Shown: piece after piece, positions 1 through 9,885 of the stretch
Position numbering within the stretch: the stretch's first letter is position 1
Layout: the number at the start of each line of letters is the position of its first letter
NCBI GenBank assembly: GCA_965203315.1
Contig: OZ241857.1
Coordinates: 352,001-416,000, forward strand
Direction of reading: 5' to 3'
From: Nitrosopumilus sp.
GTDB lineage: Archaea; Thermoproteota; Nitrososphaeria; Nitrososphaerales; Nitrosopumilaceae
Length of the DNA stretch: 64,000 nucleotides
Position numbers and translations under genes: made by a program
Notes under the pieces: model-generated
Seen by the model: the letters and a program-made list of their open reading frames with translations, nothing else
Told to the model about the DNA's origin: nothing
The model's database searches: none

Positions 1-2376
1 CGTAGCATTTTGATTTTTCTTCAAGATGGTCGAGATCACACAATCCGAGAAACATACCAATACGTGGATAAAATACACAATCAAGAAAATATTGAAAAAG
101 GCAATTTTACAAAAACTAAAGTTAAACGGTTCGAATCTAGTGTTCGTGCTATCGTGTCTAATTTACGCAAAACAAAAATGCTTAAAAATACTAAAAATGG
201 TGTATTTCACATAACTGAACGAGGTTTAGATGAATTATTAAATTTTCATAAAATAAGCAATATTTCAGAAAATTTTAGAGATGAATGTTATAAACTCATA
301 ACAAACACATCATTAGATAGTATGAATAAATCAAGCATGTTTTTAGAATTGGCTATTAAGACAACAACTAAATTTCCGTTTGCTTTTTTACCTGAATTAA
401 TCGAAGATTTAATAGACAAAAACTCTATTTCTAATATAATTAAAAAACATAATTTAGAAACCTATCAAAAATTTGAAGCGGTTTTTTCAAGTATGCTAGC
501 ACTAGCTCATAGTAAAGCAAATGAGACTAAAACGCAAGACATAAAAATAAATTTTAAAAGTTTTAGATGGAATAAATCCCACAATTGGTTAAAGATTGAA
601 TCAAATAGGTTTTTTAATCCATTTTTGGCACAATTTAATTATAATATTTTAAGAGCGGTCATAATCATTACAATTTTTAAACATGAATATATTTCAAATG
701 AAGATAATCTTGAAGATATGGTTTACAAAACATATGAAGAAATTAAATGTAAACTAGATGTATTTTCTAATTCGGTTAAGATAAAATCTTTTGAAATGTA
801 CATAAATTCTAAATTAAAATTTAGTTGTGGTTCTATACTGGATGAATTACAATTAGATTATGGAATAGTAAATATTGATGGCAACATATCAATTCCAGTA
901 AAATACACTAACATTAATAAAGAAATTCAAGATGTTATTCAAAATGAAAACGAAGGAATTTCTTACAGAGGATTAGTACATAAATTAAAAAAAATACTAC
1001 CATTGTATACATTAATTCCAGAGATTGGTATATTTAAAGATATTTTAAATGAATTAGAAAAGAAAAAACTAATTTTACGAAAAAGATCACTTGCCAAATT
1101 TGATTCAGATAATGATCAGTTATTTTTATATGATAATTACATGGCAAAAATGGAAAAAATAAAAAATAATTTAATGAGTAGTGGAAGAACTAAATTTTTC
1201 GGTAGAGTAATTAATCCAGAACAATTTATTAATGAAATAAAAACAATGAATGTGGGCGATCTTGAAGACGCTGATGATCAAGTGACTCGAATTGCAGGAC
1301 TGGTTCTTCGTGACTCGATCTTGTTGAGAAATTCACGAGAACATATACCTAACTTTGATTTTGTAATAGATATGAGTAATTATGATCGAATAATGGTACA
1401 AAAAGAATTTTTTAGTAAAATTGGATTTAAAGTTAGATCAAATATACTCCATTGTAAAGTCTTAATAAACGAAACAATCACAACAGACACATTAACAAAT
1501 TTACAATCAAATACTCCTAATGATGAGCAGGGCATAATATTTACTTGTATGCCAGTTAGTGACAAAGTGCGTCAAATTATCAAAGATGATAAGAGTGTTC
1601 AGATTATAGATCAAGATGGCATTTATAAGTGGTGTTTACTTGCACCTGTTATACCAAGTAGACGTTATTCGGTAGTGCGGGTAATGTATGGTGATCATAT
1701 AGGAAGAATTGCTAGAGTTATCTCATTAAATTATGAATCCGGACTTGCAACTATTGAATCTGTACCTGATTATAAGGAAATTATAGTTTCTATTGGATCA
1801 ATTAGTGAGATTTTACCTAACGTCCATGATGAGTTGCGTTTTGGAGAACTTTCTAAAAAATACTTTGAGTTTCTCTGCTTGGTCGCTAAATTATCCTCAG
1901 AACATTTTGAAAGTGGTATGGACACAAAAGTTTTAAATTTTCATGAATCATTTAGAGAACTAAAAAAGAGTACTAATCCAGAATTGTTTGTGGGCCAACA
2001 TCCAAAATTTATGATAGATGAACAGGAACACCAAAATCACAAATATATTGAATTTGAGAATGTATATGTTAAATTATTTATGAGAGGGAGTGATTTTACT
2101 CAATATTTACAATGTAGTTGTTCACACACATTAAATGAAGAATATAATAAAACACTTTGCGTCCATCAGATTGCAACGATTAATTATTTGTGTGTCACGA
2201 AAGATGTTCATGCCATGAATAAACAAATCGTTTTACTTGAAAGTAGATTGAAAAATTTTCAAATTGAAAATATCTTCAAGATGATTGAGACGATACATGA
2301 TTTGCTGGGGGTAGACAACAAGAGACTTATTTTAGATTACGTTCGAGAATGTCTTAAAAGTAAATTAAATTGTTGA
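1..2376 (+). CDS. Multidomain protein, probably 5'-partial: Mrr_N-like winged helix, degenerate Mrr_cat/REase-like region, KOW-like motif, SWIM zinc finger
   Basis: Frame open to base 1 (RSILIFLQDG...). N-term ILIFLQDGRDHTIRE...RFESSVRAIVSNLRKTKML...VFHITERG fits Mrr_N; FDFVID...HCK...GIIFT...VQIIDQDGI resembles Mrr_cat; VVRVMYGDHIGRIARV is KOW-like; CSC...LCVHQIA is SWIM. Confidence 0.6.
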   Translation, partial: RSILIFLQDGRDHTIRETYQYVDKIHNQENIEKGNFTKTKVKRFESSVRAIVSNLRKTKMLKNTKNGVFHITERGLDELLNFHKISNISENFRDECYKLITNTSLDSMNKSSMFLELAIKTTTKFPFAFLPELIEDLIDKNSISNIIKKHNLETYQKFEAVFSSMLALAHSKANETKTQDIKINFKSFRWNKSHNWLKIESNRFFNPFLAQFNYNILRAVIIITIFKHEYISNEDNLEDMVYKTYEEIKCKLDVFSNSVKIKSFEMYINSKLKFSCGSILDELQLDYGIVNIDGNISIPVKYTNINKEIQDVIQNENEGISYRGLVHKLKKILPLYTLIPEIGIFKDILNELEKKKLILRKRSLAKFDSDNDQLFLYDNYMAKMEKIKNNLMSSGRTKFFGRVINPEQFINEIKTMNVGDLEDADDQVTRIAGLVLRDSILLRNSREHIPNFDFVIDMSNYDRIMVQKEFFSKIGFKVRSNILHCKVLINETITTDTLTNLQSNTPNDEQGIIFTCMPVSDKVRQIIKDDKSVQIIDQDGIYKWCLLAPVIPSRRYSVVRVMYGDHIGRIARVISLNYESGLATIESVPDYKEIIVSIGSISEILPNVHDELRFGELSKKYFEFLCLVAKLSSEHFESGMDTKVLNFHESFRELKKSTNPELFVGQHPKFMIDEQEHQNHKYIEFENVYVKLFMRGSDFTQYLQCSCSHTLNEEYNKTLCVHQIATINYLCVTKDVHAMNKQIVLLESRLKNFQIENIFKMIETIHDLLGVDNKRLILDYVRECLKSKLNC

Positions 2377-2798
2377 CTTTTAACTATATCTTCTAAAGTT
2401 TCAACATCTAAATTTTTAATTTGTTGATCCAGGTTATAAAATAGTTTTAAAATTAATGGATCATTTTTCAATATTTTGATCAGATCATGTTTGAGACTCA
2501 GAGCTACGACATCTATGTCTGCTTGCGTATTTGTTAAACTATTGTTTGGTGGTAAATTAGATTTTAAATTGTCTTTGTGCACAAGTAAAATATCTAAAAC
2601 TTTACTTTCGTATTTAATTTCTTCAACTATGACAGAATCACTATTATTCAATTCATCGAAAAAAACTGGTTCTTCATTGGCAGTTATTTTTAAGATTCTT
2701 TTTACATCATCAAAGTATATGCCATCTTTATGTGTTTTGATTAGTTCGAGGGTATCATTCAAATTATCCTTCCCATTCTTTTTCTTGATTTCCGTCAT
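2337..2798 (-). CDS. Hypothetical small winged-helix-like protein directly downstream of dndA
   Basis: 153-aa ORF co-oriented with dnd operon; LELIKTHKDGIYFDDV...EEIKYESKVLDILL also found in the 699-aa ORF at 15559-17658. Confidence 0.6.
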   Translation of the reverse strand: MTEIKKKNGKDNLNDTLELIKTHKDGIYFDDVKRILKITANEEPVFFDELNNSDSVIVEEIKYESKVLDILLVHKDNLKSNLPPNNSLTNTQADIDVVALSLKHDLIKILKNDPLILKLFYNLDQQIKNLDVETLEDIVKSQQFNLLLRHSRT

Positions 2799-2884
2799 GT
2801 ACTTAGGTTTGGTCTGTGTATATAAGAGGTTTTATTTGGCTGGATCTATGTTTTTGTTTACACACTTGAGACAATATTGTTCGA

Positions 2885-4036
2885 TCACTTGATACTCGCA
2901 AGATTTCTTACTGCATTTACGATCTCTTGTGCTGCAAATTCTACCTGATCCGATTTTGTGTACCTGCCTAATCCAACTCTGATCGAAGAGTGAGCTCGTT
3001 CATCATTGTACCCTAAAGCTAGAATGACATGAGATGGTTCAATACTACGTGTTGTACATGCAGAACCAGAGGATATGGCAATTTGCTCTGAAACTAGATT
3101 TATTATTGCTTTTGCCTCGATTTTTGGAAAGTACATATTTAGATTTCCTGATAGTCTGTGCACACTGTCCCCGTTTAACATACCGCCACAATCACAGAAT
3201 ATCCGATACATGTTTGTAGCAAGTTTTTTTAATCTGTAACCTTCTGAATCCATCTCTTTAGATGCTAGAGTTGTTGCTTTTCCAAATCCAACTATTCCAG
3301 GAACGTTTAATGTACCAGAACGTACGCCTCGCTCTTGCCCGCCGCCATGTAGTATTTCATCTAGTTTGAATCTGGGCGAGATCCCTCTAACATATAACGC
3401 ACCTATGCCTTTTGGGCCATACATTTTATGTGCAGAAAATGACATCAAGTCAATATTCATCTTGTTTACATCAATCGGTATGTGACCTACCGCTTGAGCA
3501 GCATCCGTGTGAAATAATACGTCATGTTCATGCGCAATCTTGCCAATACTTGAAATGTTGTGAATTGTCCCAATCTCATTATTGGCAGTCATAATCGATA
3601 TCAGAACTGTTTTATCGTTTATGGCATCTCGGAGATCGTCTAAATCTATGTGACCTAATTCATTTACTGGGAGATATGTCACATTCTTTCCAATTTTTTC
3701 CATATGTTTTACAGTGTTTAACACAGATTCATGTTCAGTGACACATGTAATCAAATGATCGCCTTTTTGTTTGTGTTTTTTCATAACTCCAATTATTGCA
3801 AGATTATTTGACTCTGTAGCTCCACTAGTGAAGACAATTTCATCATGTTTAGAACCAATGACTTTTGCAATATCGGCCCTTGCAGATTCAACTGCTGTTG
3901 ATGCATCATGTCCATATGAGTGATCTAGACTTGATGCATTGCCAAATTTTTCATTAAAGAAAGGCAACATTGAATCTAAAACTCTAAAATCTAGCTGTGT
4001 TGTAGCATTATGATCAAGATAAACTATTTTGTTCAT
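2885..4036 (-). CDS. dndA: Cysteine desulfurase DndA (IscS-like)
   Basis: YLDHNATT, FTSGATESNN, HTDAAQ, SAHKMYGPKG (PLP Lys), SSGSACT (catalytic Cys); overlaps dndE stop. Confidence 0.93.
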   Translation of the reverse strand: MNKIVYLDHNATTQLDFRVLDSMLPFFNEKFGNASSLDHSYGHDASTAVESARADIAKVIGSKHDEIVFTSGATESNNLAIIGVMKKHKQKGDHLITCVTEHESVLNTVKHMEKIGKNVTYLPVNELGHIDLDDLRDAINDKTVLISIMTANNEIGTIHNISSIGKIAHEHDVLFHTDAAQAVGHIPIDVNKMNIDLMSFSAHKMYGPKGIGALYVRGISPRFKLDEILHGGGQERGVRSGTLNVPGIVGFGKATTLASKEMDSEGYRLKKLATNMYRIFCDCGGMLNGDSVHRLSGNLNMYFPKIEAKAIINLVSEQIAISSGSACTTRSIEPSHVILALGYNDERAHSSIRVGLGRYTKSDQVEFAAQEIVNAVRNLASIK

Positions 4037-4416
4037 TGTGTAATATCTCGCTCTTGACGTATTACTTGTTCGATATCGGTAATATCCTGAATTCTAGCAA
4101 ATAACGCTATTGTACCTCGATTAAAGTGAGCGCGAAGCATCTTGTTTAGATATAATTGTGGGGAAAGATTTCTGTGCATCAACTCTTGTACCATAAGCGC
4201 CATAAACATTTCTTCATATTCTCCAAATAGTACAAAAGGATGTATCTCTGCACCTTTTTCATCAAACTCATCGGGATTTGGAAGAGATGGATCATTAAGT
4301 GACATACAGATCGCAAATCTGCCTAAAACATTTGGTGTCAAACCTGTACGTTTTTTAAGCTGACCCATTAGATTCTGAGAGCGTGCACTCATTCGTAATC
4401 GATTAAATCGCAACAA
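4033..4416 (-). CDS. dndE: DNA sulfur modification protein DndE
   Basis: FNRLRMS...LKKRTGLTPNVLGRFAICMSL...LFGEY...RAHFNRG; start moved from 4482 to TTG at 4416 (or 4413) overlapping dndD end. Confidence 0.88.
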   Translation of the reverse strand: MLRFNRLRMSARSQNLMGQLKKRTGLTPNVLGRFAICMSLNDPSLPNPDEFDEKGAEIHPFVLFGEYEEMFMALMVQELMHRNLSPQLYLNKMLRAHFNRGTIALFARIQDITDIEQVIRQERDITQ

Positions 4417-6439
4417 TCTTCTCTCCTCGCTTATTCCAAAAATATCCATCATGTTTAATGGTTGCACCTTCCTCTTCGACATACTCCATGGCGTATGATC
4501 TCATCATATTTTGTTCTAGTTTGACAAAATCATCATATTTTATCTCTGTGTCTGTTGAAAATATGAGTACTTGATGCGAAGCTGTGGGGAAAAACTGCTC
4601 AAGAATATTTGTTCTATGTTCTTCATCTAATCGCGCTAGAGGTGTGTCTATCATAAATGGCAGAGGCCTACCAGATGTTTTTGCAAGTGCCCATAGAACT
4701 GCCATTGCAAACATCTGTTTTTCTCCTTCGGATAACAGCTCTTTTGAGAAACGATCTCGGTTTTTACGATATAGTGTAATTTCAAATGTTTCTGGATCAA
4801 CAGTTACTGAATGAATAAAATTCCTCTTGTGCATAAGCATCTTTATAGCATCTAGTAGATATTGCTCCAAGATCGATATTTTTTTAAGCCTAAGTTGTTC
4901 AATAAACTCTTCCAAGACCATTTGAACATTTTGTGTAATCTCTACATTCTCTATTGATTTTTTATTTTTATATATTTGAGACACTATGTTACGTAACTTG
5001 GTGTTCAGATGTTGTTCTAGTGATATACTGCTTGATATCTTTTCTTCCATATGTTCTATTTCCGACTGAAGCATACCTATCTGGTTATGAACGTTACCAA
5101 TACTACTCAATAACGGGCCAATTTCATCATCATTCGGAGCATTTGCGAGTGAGCATTCAAGTATAGTGATCTTTTCGGATATCTCTCTGAGTTTTGTTGT
5201 GTCTTGCTGTAGATCTTTTAACGTAGATGTATTTGCTTTTTGTATTATATCTAGTATACGTGTAGATTGACTAGATGAGAAATCAAATGATGGTTTTGCT
5301 GATGACTGATCATTATGATGTTTAAATAATTTAGTTATGCTATTTACAACATCCACTCTAGAATCATCATCAATTTGAATATTTATCCAAAAGTCTGAAT
5401 CTTTTAGTTCTGATATTATTTTATTAGTTTTTGCGGTAATGGCTTTTTGACCCATTATGTCTAGCTTGATCAAATCATCTTTTTTAATTTGTTCAGATAA
5501 TGATTGTAATTTTGATGGAATTAATGCAAATGGCAGCACACCAGAACATATTGACTCTATATGTTTGTGTATGATATCGTAATTTGTCTTTTGTTCTGCA
5601 AGTTCTTCTATAGCACTAGTACGGTTACTGGCAAAAGTACCTCCTATGTTGGTTAGTTTTGATTCCATATTATCTATTTCTAGTTGTAATGAGTCTATTT
5701 CGGTTTGTTTTTGAGCAATTTTATCAATCATGCGATTATTTGTGTCTTTTATGTTATCTTTTTCAGATTTAAGTCTATCAAAATCTTCTTGAAGTGATTT
5801 ATTGTCGCTTGTAAGATTTCGTGTCATATTTACTTGTAGATCGGTGTACAGTTGTTCTACCAGCTCAATTCCCAACAATGACTTGAATGATTCTCTGATT
5901 GTAATATCTTCTGTGCCTTCTTTTGCCATCTTTACTATTTTTTCGCCATCAAAGAAAAACAACTTGATTATTCCTTTTGGTATTATATCTTCTACAAATG
6001 ACTGCCACTGTGATTTTTCAATCGTGTCCAAGGTAACAAACTTAGACTCTTGTGAATTGCGTTTTTTTATAGATAGTTGCTCATTAACTCTACCGTCTTC
6101 ATCTGACCAAGAACGTTCTACTTTGTATTCTACTTCTTTATTATTGTGAAAGAATCTAAACTGTACTGATACTGATGTATGATCTGCATGTGTTGAACTC
6201 TTTAAATATCTATGAATTTTACTTGCAAGAAATTGCCCATATGATCTTTTGGTAGATCTCTTTTCCATGACCGATATTCCGTACAGACACAACATGATGG
6301 ACTCAAATAGAGTGGTCTTGCCTGCACCGTTTGTGCCACCAACTAGTACAATGGGCCTTTGTTCAGTACATGTGAAATCAAACTCATTTCTGCCACAATA
6401 TACACCATAATTTTGTAATATTACTCGTGTTATGATCAA
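4403..6439 (-). CDS. dndD: DNA sulfur modification protein DndD (SMC-like ATPase)
   Basis: Walker A GGTNGAGKTT, FFFDGEKI, long coiled coil, LSEGEKQ, MIDTPLARLD, ASHQVLIFSTDTEI. Confidence 0.95.
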   Translation of the reverse strand: MIITRVILQNYGVYCGRNEFDFTCTEQRPIVLVGGTNGAGKTTLFESIMLCLYGISVMEKRSTKRSYGQFLASKIHRYLKSSTHADHTSVSVQFRFFHNNKEVEYKVERSWSDEDGRVNEQLSIKKRNSQESKFVTLDTIEKSQWQSFVEDIIPKGIIKLFFFDGEKIVKMAKEGTEDITIRESFKSLLGIELVEQLYTDLQVNMTRNLTSDNKSLQEDFDRLKSEKDNIKDTNNRMIDKIAQKQTEIDSLQLEIDNMESKLTNIGGTFASNRTSAIEELAEQKTNYDIIHKHIESICSGVLPFALIPSKLQSLSEQIKKDDLIKLDIMGQKAITAKTNKIISELKDSDFWINIQIDDDSRVDVVNSITKLFKHHNDQSSAKPSFDFSSSQSTRILDIIQKANTSTLKDLQQDTTKLREISEKITILECSLANAPNDDEIGPLLSSIGNVHNQIGMLQSEIEHMEEKISSSISLEQHLNTKLRNIVSQIYKNKKSIENVEITQNVQMVLEEFIEQLRLKKISILEQYLLDAIKMLMHKRNFIHSVTVDPETFEITLYRKNRDRFSKELLSEGEKQMFAMAVLWALAKTSGRPLPFMIDTPLARLDEEHRTNILEQFFPTASHQVLIFSTDTEIKYDDFVKLEQNMMRSYAMEYVEEEGATIKHDGYFWNKRGEKIVAI

Positions 6440-7929
6440 GTTCCAAACTCCTTGTTATTTTGCTGATACACTTTGAGATCATGTACTATCTCGCCTAGAT
6501 CTTCTCTCCATTCTTCAGATAACACTTTGTTTAATTTTGGATATATCTTGGAGTGTCTGGTCATCCCTTGCGACTCTTGTTCAATATTGAGTAGTTTAGC
6601 AACCAATAGCATCGGAACATTGTTTTTCTTACAGATCTCTTCCAACAAATTTTGTTCAACCATTCCAAATCTTCCTAGATCCTCTTGTGGAGGCACAAGC
6701 CTTTGCTCTGTTATCTTTTCATATATCTGATAAGCCGTATTCTTCCAGTCACCACGTTCAATACGCCATATTCTCTGTATCTCGTGAATTTCTTCTTCTT
6801 GTATTAATTTCAGAGATGGATCAGGCCCTGTCTCTCTAACTTTCATTTGAGCGATCAGTAGTTTTTCAAGAAACTCTTTACAAAAATCTAAAGTATATGG
6901 ACCAGGCACTAAATTAAAATACGGATCAGATTCTTCATCTTTGCCCTGTTCCATTTTTGATTCTCGTATCTTTTCACTAAAAGCCTCTTTACGCTTTTCA
7001 TCGATCAATTTCATTTGACCATTACGTCGCTTTAAGGATCTGACTTGTTTTCTCTTTATTGGATCATGTGTGTCCTTTAACTCTTCTCGTAGCTCTAAAA
7101 GTGGTTCCATCCATTCCTCTCCATTTTCAATAGTATTTCGTAGTGAAGAATCATCATTTACTACTGTACATGTCCAACAACCAAATCTACTATTTCCACA
7201 AGATGGCGTACTGCTGTCAACTACTAGTGGACATTCACTTGCATTTGCGTTCTGATACATAACAAGGAGATCTCTATTGTTTGCTCCCCATGGATTGCTC
7301 TCTTGTAGTAAATAACTCCAAACATCTTTGGCGGTAAAGTCTCGCAAAGGCGTATAAACATATGTCTGAGCAAATTTGGAATGCCTCGATAACAGGCTTC
7401 CCTCTATCTCATATAGATTCATTAGTTGTTGTCTAGATCCACTCTCATCCTTTCTAGTCCCTAGTATTATTATTGCTTCACCATACTCTGATACTTTTTC
7501 TTGAATGAAACGATCAGCGTTTCGTATCTTTAATCGTTCAGTACACCACCTGAATAGATTGCTTGGTGCTGGGAATCCTTTACCCAACAAGCACACCCAA
7601 AAGGTATCTTCGACTACTGGTCTAACTAGATTAGTAGATAATGGGAGGTGAGAGTGTTTAGATGCTTTCTCCATCATGTCTAATGTCTTTGTTATCTGCT
7701 CTACGACCTTTGGTGATTCTACTAGGGTGTCTGATGATATGACGAAGAGATTTTTATGTAGTTTGTTTGAAGGTAGTCTAGACAATGCATTCCATATCAA
7801 CTGAACCATGCAAGTAGAGTCTTTACCACCACTAAACCCTAAAATCCAAGGTCTGTTGTCGCTTTGATATACTGTCTGAATTTCTTTGTAAATATCATTC
7901 AAATGTCTGGCCTTAAAGATCGATTCCAA
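6436..7929 (-). CDS. dndC: DNA phosphorothioation sulfurtransferase DndC (PAPS reductase family)
   Basis: PWILGFSGGKDST, SDTLVESP, FRWCTERLKI, ECPLVVD..TPSCGNSRFGCWTCTVV. Confidence 0.96.
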   Translation of the reverse strand: MESIFKARHLNDIYKEIQTVYQSDNRPWILGFSGGKDSTCMVQLIWNALSRLPSNKLHKNLFVISSDTLVESPKVVEQITKTLDMMEKASKHSHLPLSTNLVRPVVEDTFWVCLLGKGFPAPSNLFRWCTERLKIRNADRFIQEKVSEYGEAIIILGTRKDESGSRQQLMNLYEIEGSLLSRHSKFAQTYVYTPLRDFTAKDVWSYLLQESNPWGANNRDLLVMYQNANASECPLVVDSSTPSCGNSRFGCWTCTVVNDDSSLRNTIENGEEWMEPLLELREELKDTHDPIKRKQVRSLKRRNGQMKLIDEKRKEAFSEKIRESKMEQGKDEESDPYFNLVPGPYTLDFCKEFLEKLLIAQMKVRETGPDPSLKLIQEEEIHEIQRIWRIERGDWKNTAYQIYEKITEQRLVPPQEDLGRFGMVEQNLLEEICKKNNVPMLLVAKLLNIEQESQGMTRHSKIYPKLNKVLSEEWREDLGEIVHDLKVYQQNNKEFGT

Positions 7930-8997
7930 TTACGCATCATCTACTCTAACTGACACTCCTAGATGTTCAAGTATCTTGTTTGCAGCTCTTTTTATTCCTA
8001 GTCTGTGTTTTAGCATTTTGCCATCCATAACGACATTGTCTTGCCAGATTGGACTAGTTTTTCTCCAATCGATCTTTTGCAGTCTTTTTAGTTTTTCTCT
8101 CCAATCTGATCTTTGAGTTAATATGTAACCAACTATTCCTAACGCGTTTAAAATATTTGTATGTGCGTGAACATAGTCTTTACGCAGTTCATATGGGGTT
8201 ATCTTTTTATCAATTAATAAATTCCATTCTGGTATTTTTTTAGACAATACATTCCAATATTCTGCTGCTAGTTTTTGTTTTTCAGGTGATATTGATTTTG
8301 TCTTTAATTTTAGTAAGTGTCTTGTAGCATCGGCAATACCATTCAATGTAAAAAACTTGGTAGAACGATTTGAGATGTTAGTTCTTTCCATCTCCGTTCT
8401 TCCATAAAATATATCAACATCTTGAACTAGAGTTATTACAAACCTTGCAAATGTGTCTCGATGATCGTATAATAATCCAAGTGATTTGGTAGGTTTTACT
8501 GCATGTTTGTTCAGATCTGCAAACATTTGTTGACTACGTTTTAATCCTCGATCTTCAAAGATGACTACTGCGACTCTTTCGTTTTCAAAACTTGAGTCAT
8601 GTCCACATACTTCTCTAATTGCAGCACAACGATGCTGACCATCGTTTACCAATATTTTTGCATTGGTTGGTATGTTGATCGTTCCTATCTTACTTTCAGA
8701 ATCATTTGGAGGAATCGGATTGAATGCTATTCTCTTGTCAATAGATACAGTGATTGCAGAAAATATGTAATCTTTAGGATTTTCGACAATATATGATGCA
8801 ATATTTGGAACTCTAGAACTACGGAGTTTGCGTTGTGCTCTCATCTCTGGGGGTATTGCTGGATCTGCGTCAAATTTGAATTGACTAATAATGGTGCCAA
8901 AATCAAACATAGATACATAAAATTCCCTACCTGCTTGAATCCCCCTATTTGCATAGTATGTTGTTACTCCGTCTTGTTTGTTTGACGTTGTTTTCAT
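7930..8997 (-). CDS. dndB: DNA sulfur modification regulator DndB (DGQHR domain)
   Basis: RGIQAGREFYV, RAQRKL, YIFSAITVS, NDGQHR, QQMFADLNKHA; abuts dndC. Confidence 0.95.
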   Translation of the reverse strand: MKTTSNKQDGVTTYYANRGIQAGREFYVSMFDFGTIISQFKFDADPAIPPEMRAQRKLRSSRVPNIASYIVENPKDYIFSAITVSIDKRIAFNPIPPNDSESKIGTINIPTNAKILVNDGQHRCAAIREVCGHDSSFENERVAVVIFEDRGLKRSQQMFADLNKHAVKPTKSLGLLYDHRDTFARFVITLVQDVDIFYGRTEMERTNISNRSTKFFTLNGIADATRHLLKLKTKSISPEKQKLAAEYWNVLSKKIPEWNLLIDKKITPYELRKDYVHAHTNILNALGIVGYILTQRSDWREKLKRLQKIDWRKTSPIWQDNVVMDGKMLKHRLGIKRAANKILEHLGVSVRVDDA

Positions 8998-9449
8998 GTG
9001 GTTTAGATTTTGGAAGCATTATATAACATTTTGGAAGCACGTTGTAATGTGGGCTGTGAGGCAAAGTCACGTTCAACGAATTTGATAGCAAGTGCCTAAG
9101 ATTGATTCTTAACTTATGTTGAGACTCAATCTCAAACATGTATTTCGGAATCACATGATTGTGGGGAAAAGACCAACATGAACACCTATCCGGTAGCGAT
9201 CATTTTGCTTTTATATTAGTTAGCTCTGAAATGATCGCTTGGTTCGATGGTGTGTTTATACTATTTGATCGATTCGCTTCAACTCATAGTTAACCTCTTG
9301 TTCAGCATATGGTGTTCTTACAATTCATTGATTGCTACTCGGCGCATGTTTGTTGATAGACGCTTTGTATGTAAACATATTTTTCACACAATTCAGAGGA
9401 TCTATTTTCATTCCTAAAACATAAATATTAATTTCCACGTACTAACAAT

Positions 9450-9620
9450 ATGTATATTACTCAGAAAGAAAAAGATCGGCTAGAAAGAGTATCAGAGTAT
9501 TCAAACGCCAATTACGTTAGTCCATACCTAAAAATTCATGATATAAGAAGATATATAGATGGGAGCGTTTGGATCGATTGTCAACGATTATCTATGCCAA
9601 TAAGGAGAATTATAAGGTAA
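9450..9620 (+). CDS. Small hypothetical protein (56 aa, below ORF-track cutoff)
   Basis: ATG 9450 to TAA 9620 read by eye (MYITQKEKDRLERVSEYSNANYVSPYLKIHDIRRYIDGSVWIDCQRLSMPIRRIIR); TATA-like ATAAATA at 9421; 6 bp before next ORF. Confidence 0.4.
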   Translation: MYITQKEKDRLERVSEYSNANYVSPYLKIHDIRRYIDGSVWIDCQRLSMPIRRIIR

Positions 9621-9626
9621 CTGAAC

Positions 9627-9821
9627 ATGAAAAGTTATAATTGCACTGGTTGTGGAGGATCATTCAGTTATACATATGAGGTGGGTAGTAAAATTTTTTG
9701 TCAAAAATGTTGTAATGAGCAACTATCACTGGGCATAAAACCTACAACCAATATTGTGAAATCAATAGTCATGTCATTTAAAAAATGTCGACTTGTTGCA
9801 CACCACAGTCAAGATCATTAA
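9627..9821 (+). CDS. Small zinc-ribbon protein
   Basis: 64 aa with CTGC...CQKC; upstream of SNF2 gene on same strand. Confidence 0.5.
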   Translation: MKSYNCTGCGGSFSYTYEVGSKIFCQKCCNEQLSLGIKPTTNIVKSIVMSFKKCRLVAHHSQDH

Positions 9822-9885
9822 TGTATGGAAAGTATTTAAGAATCACTTGACGATCCAATACCTTACGAAATGACGGTATCACAAA

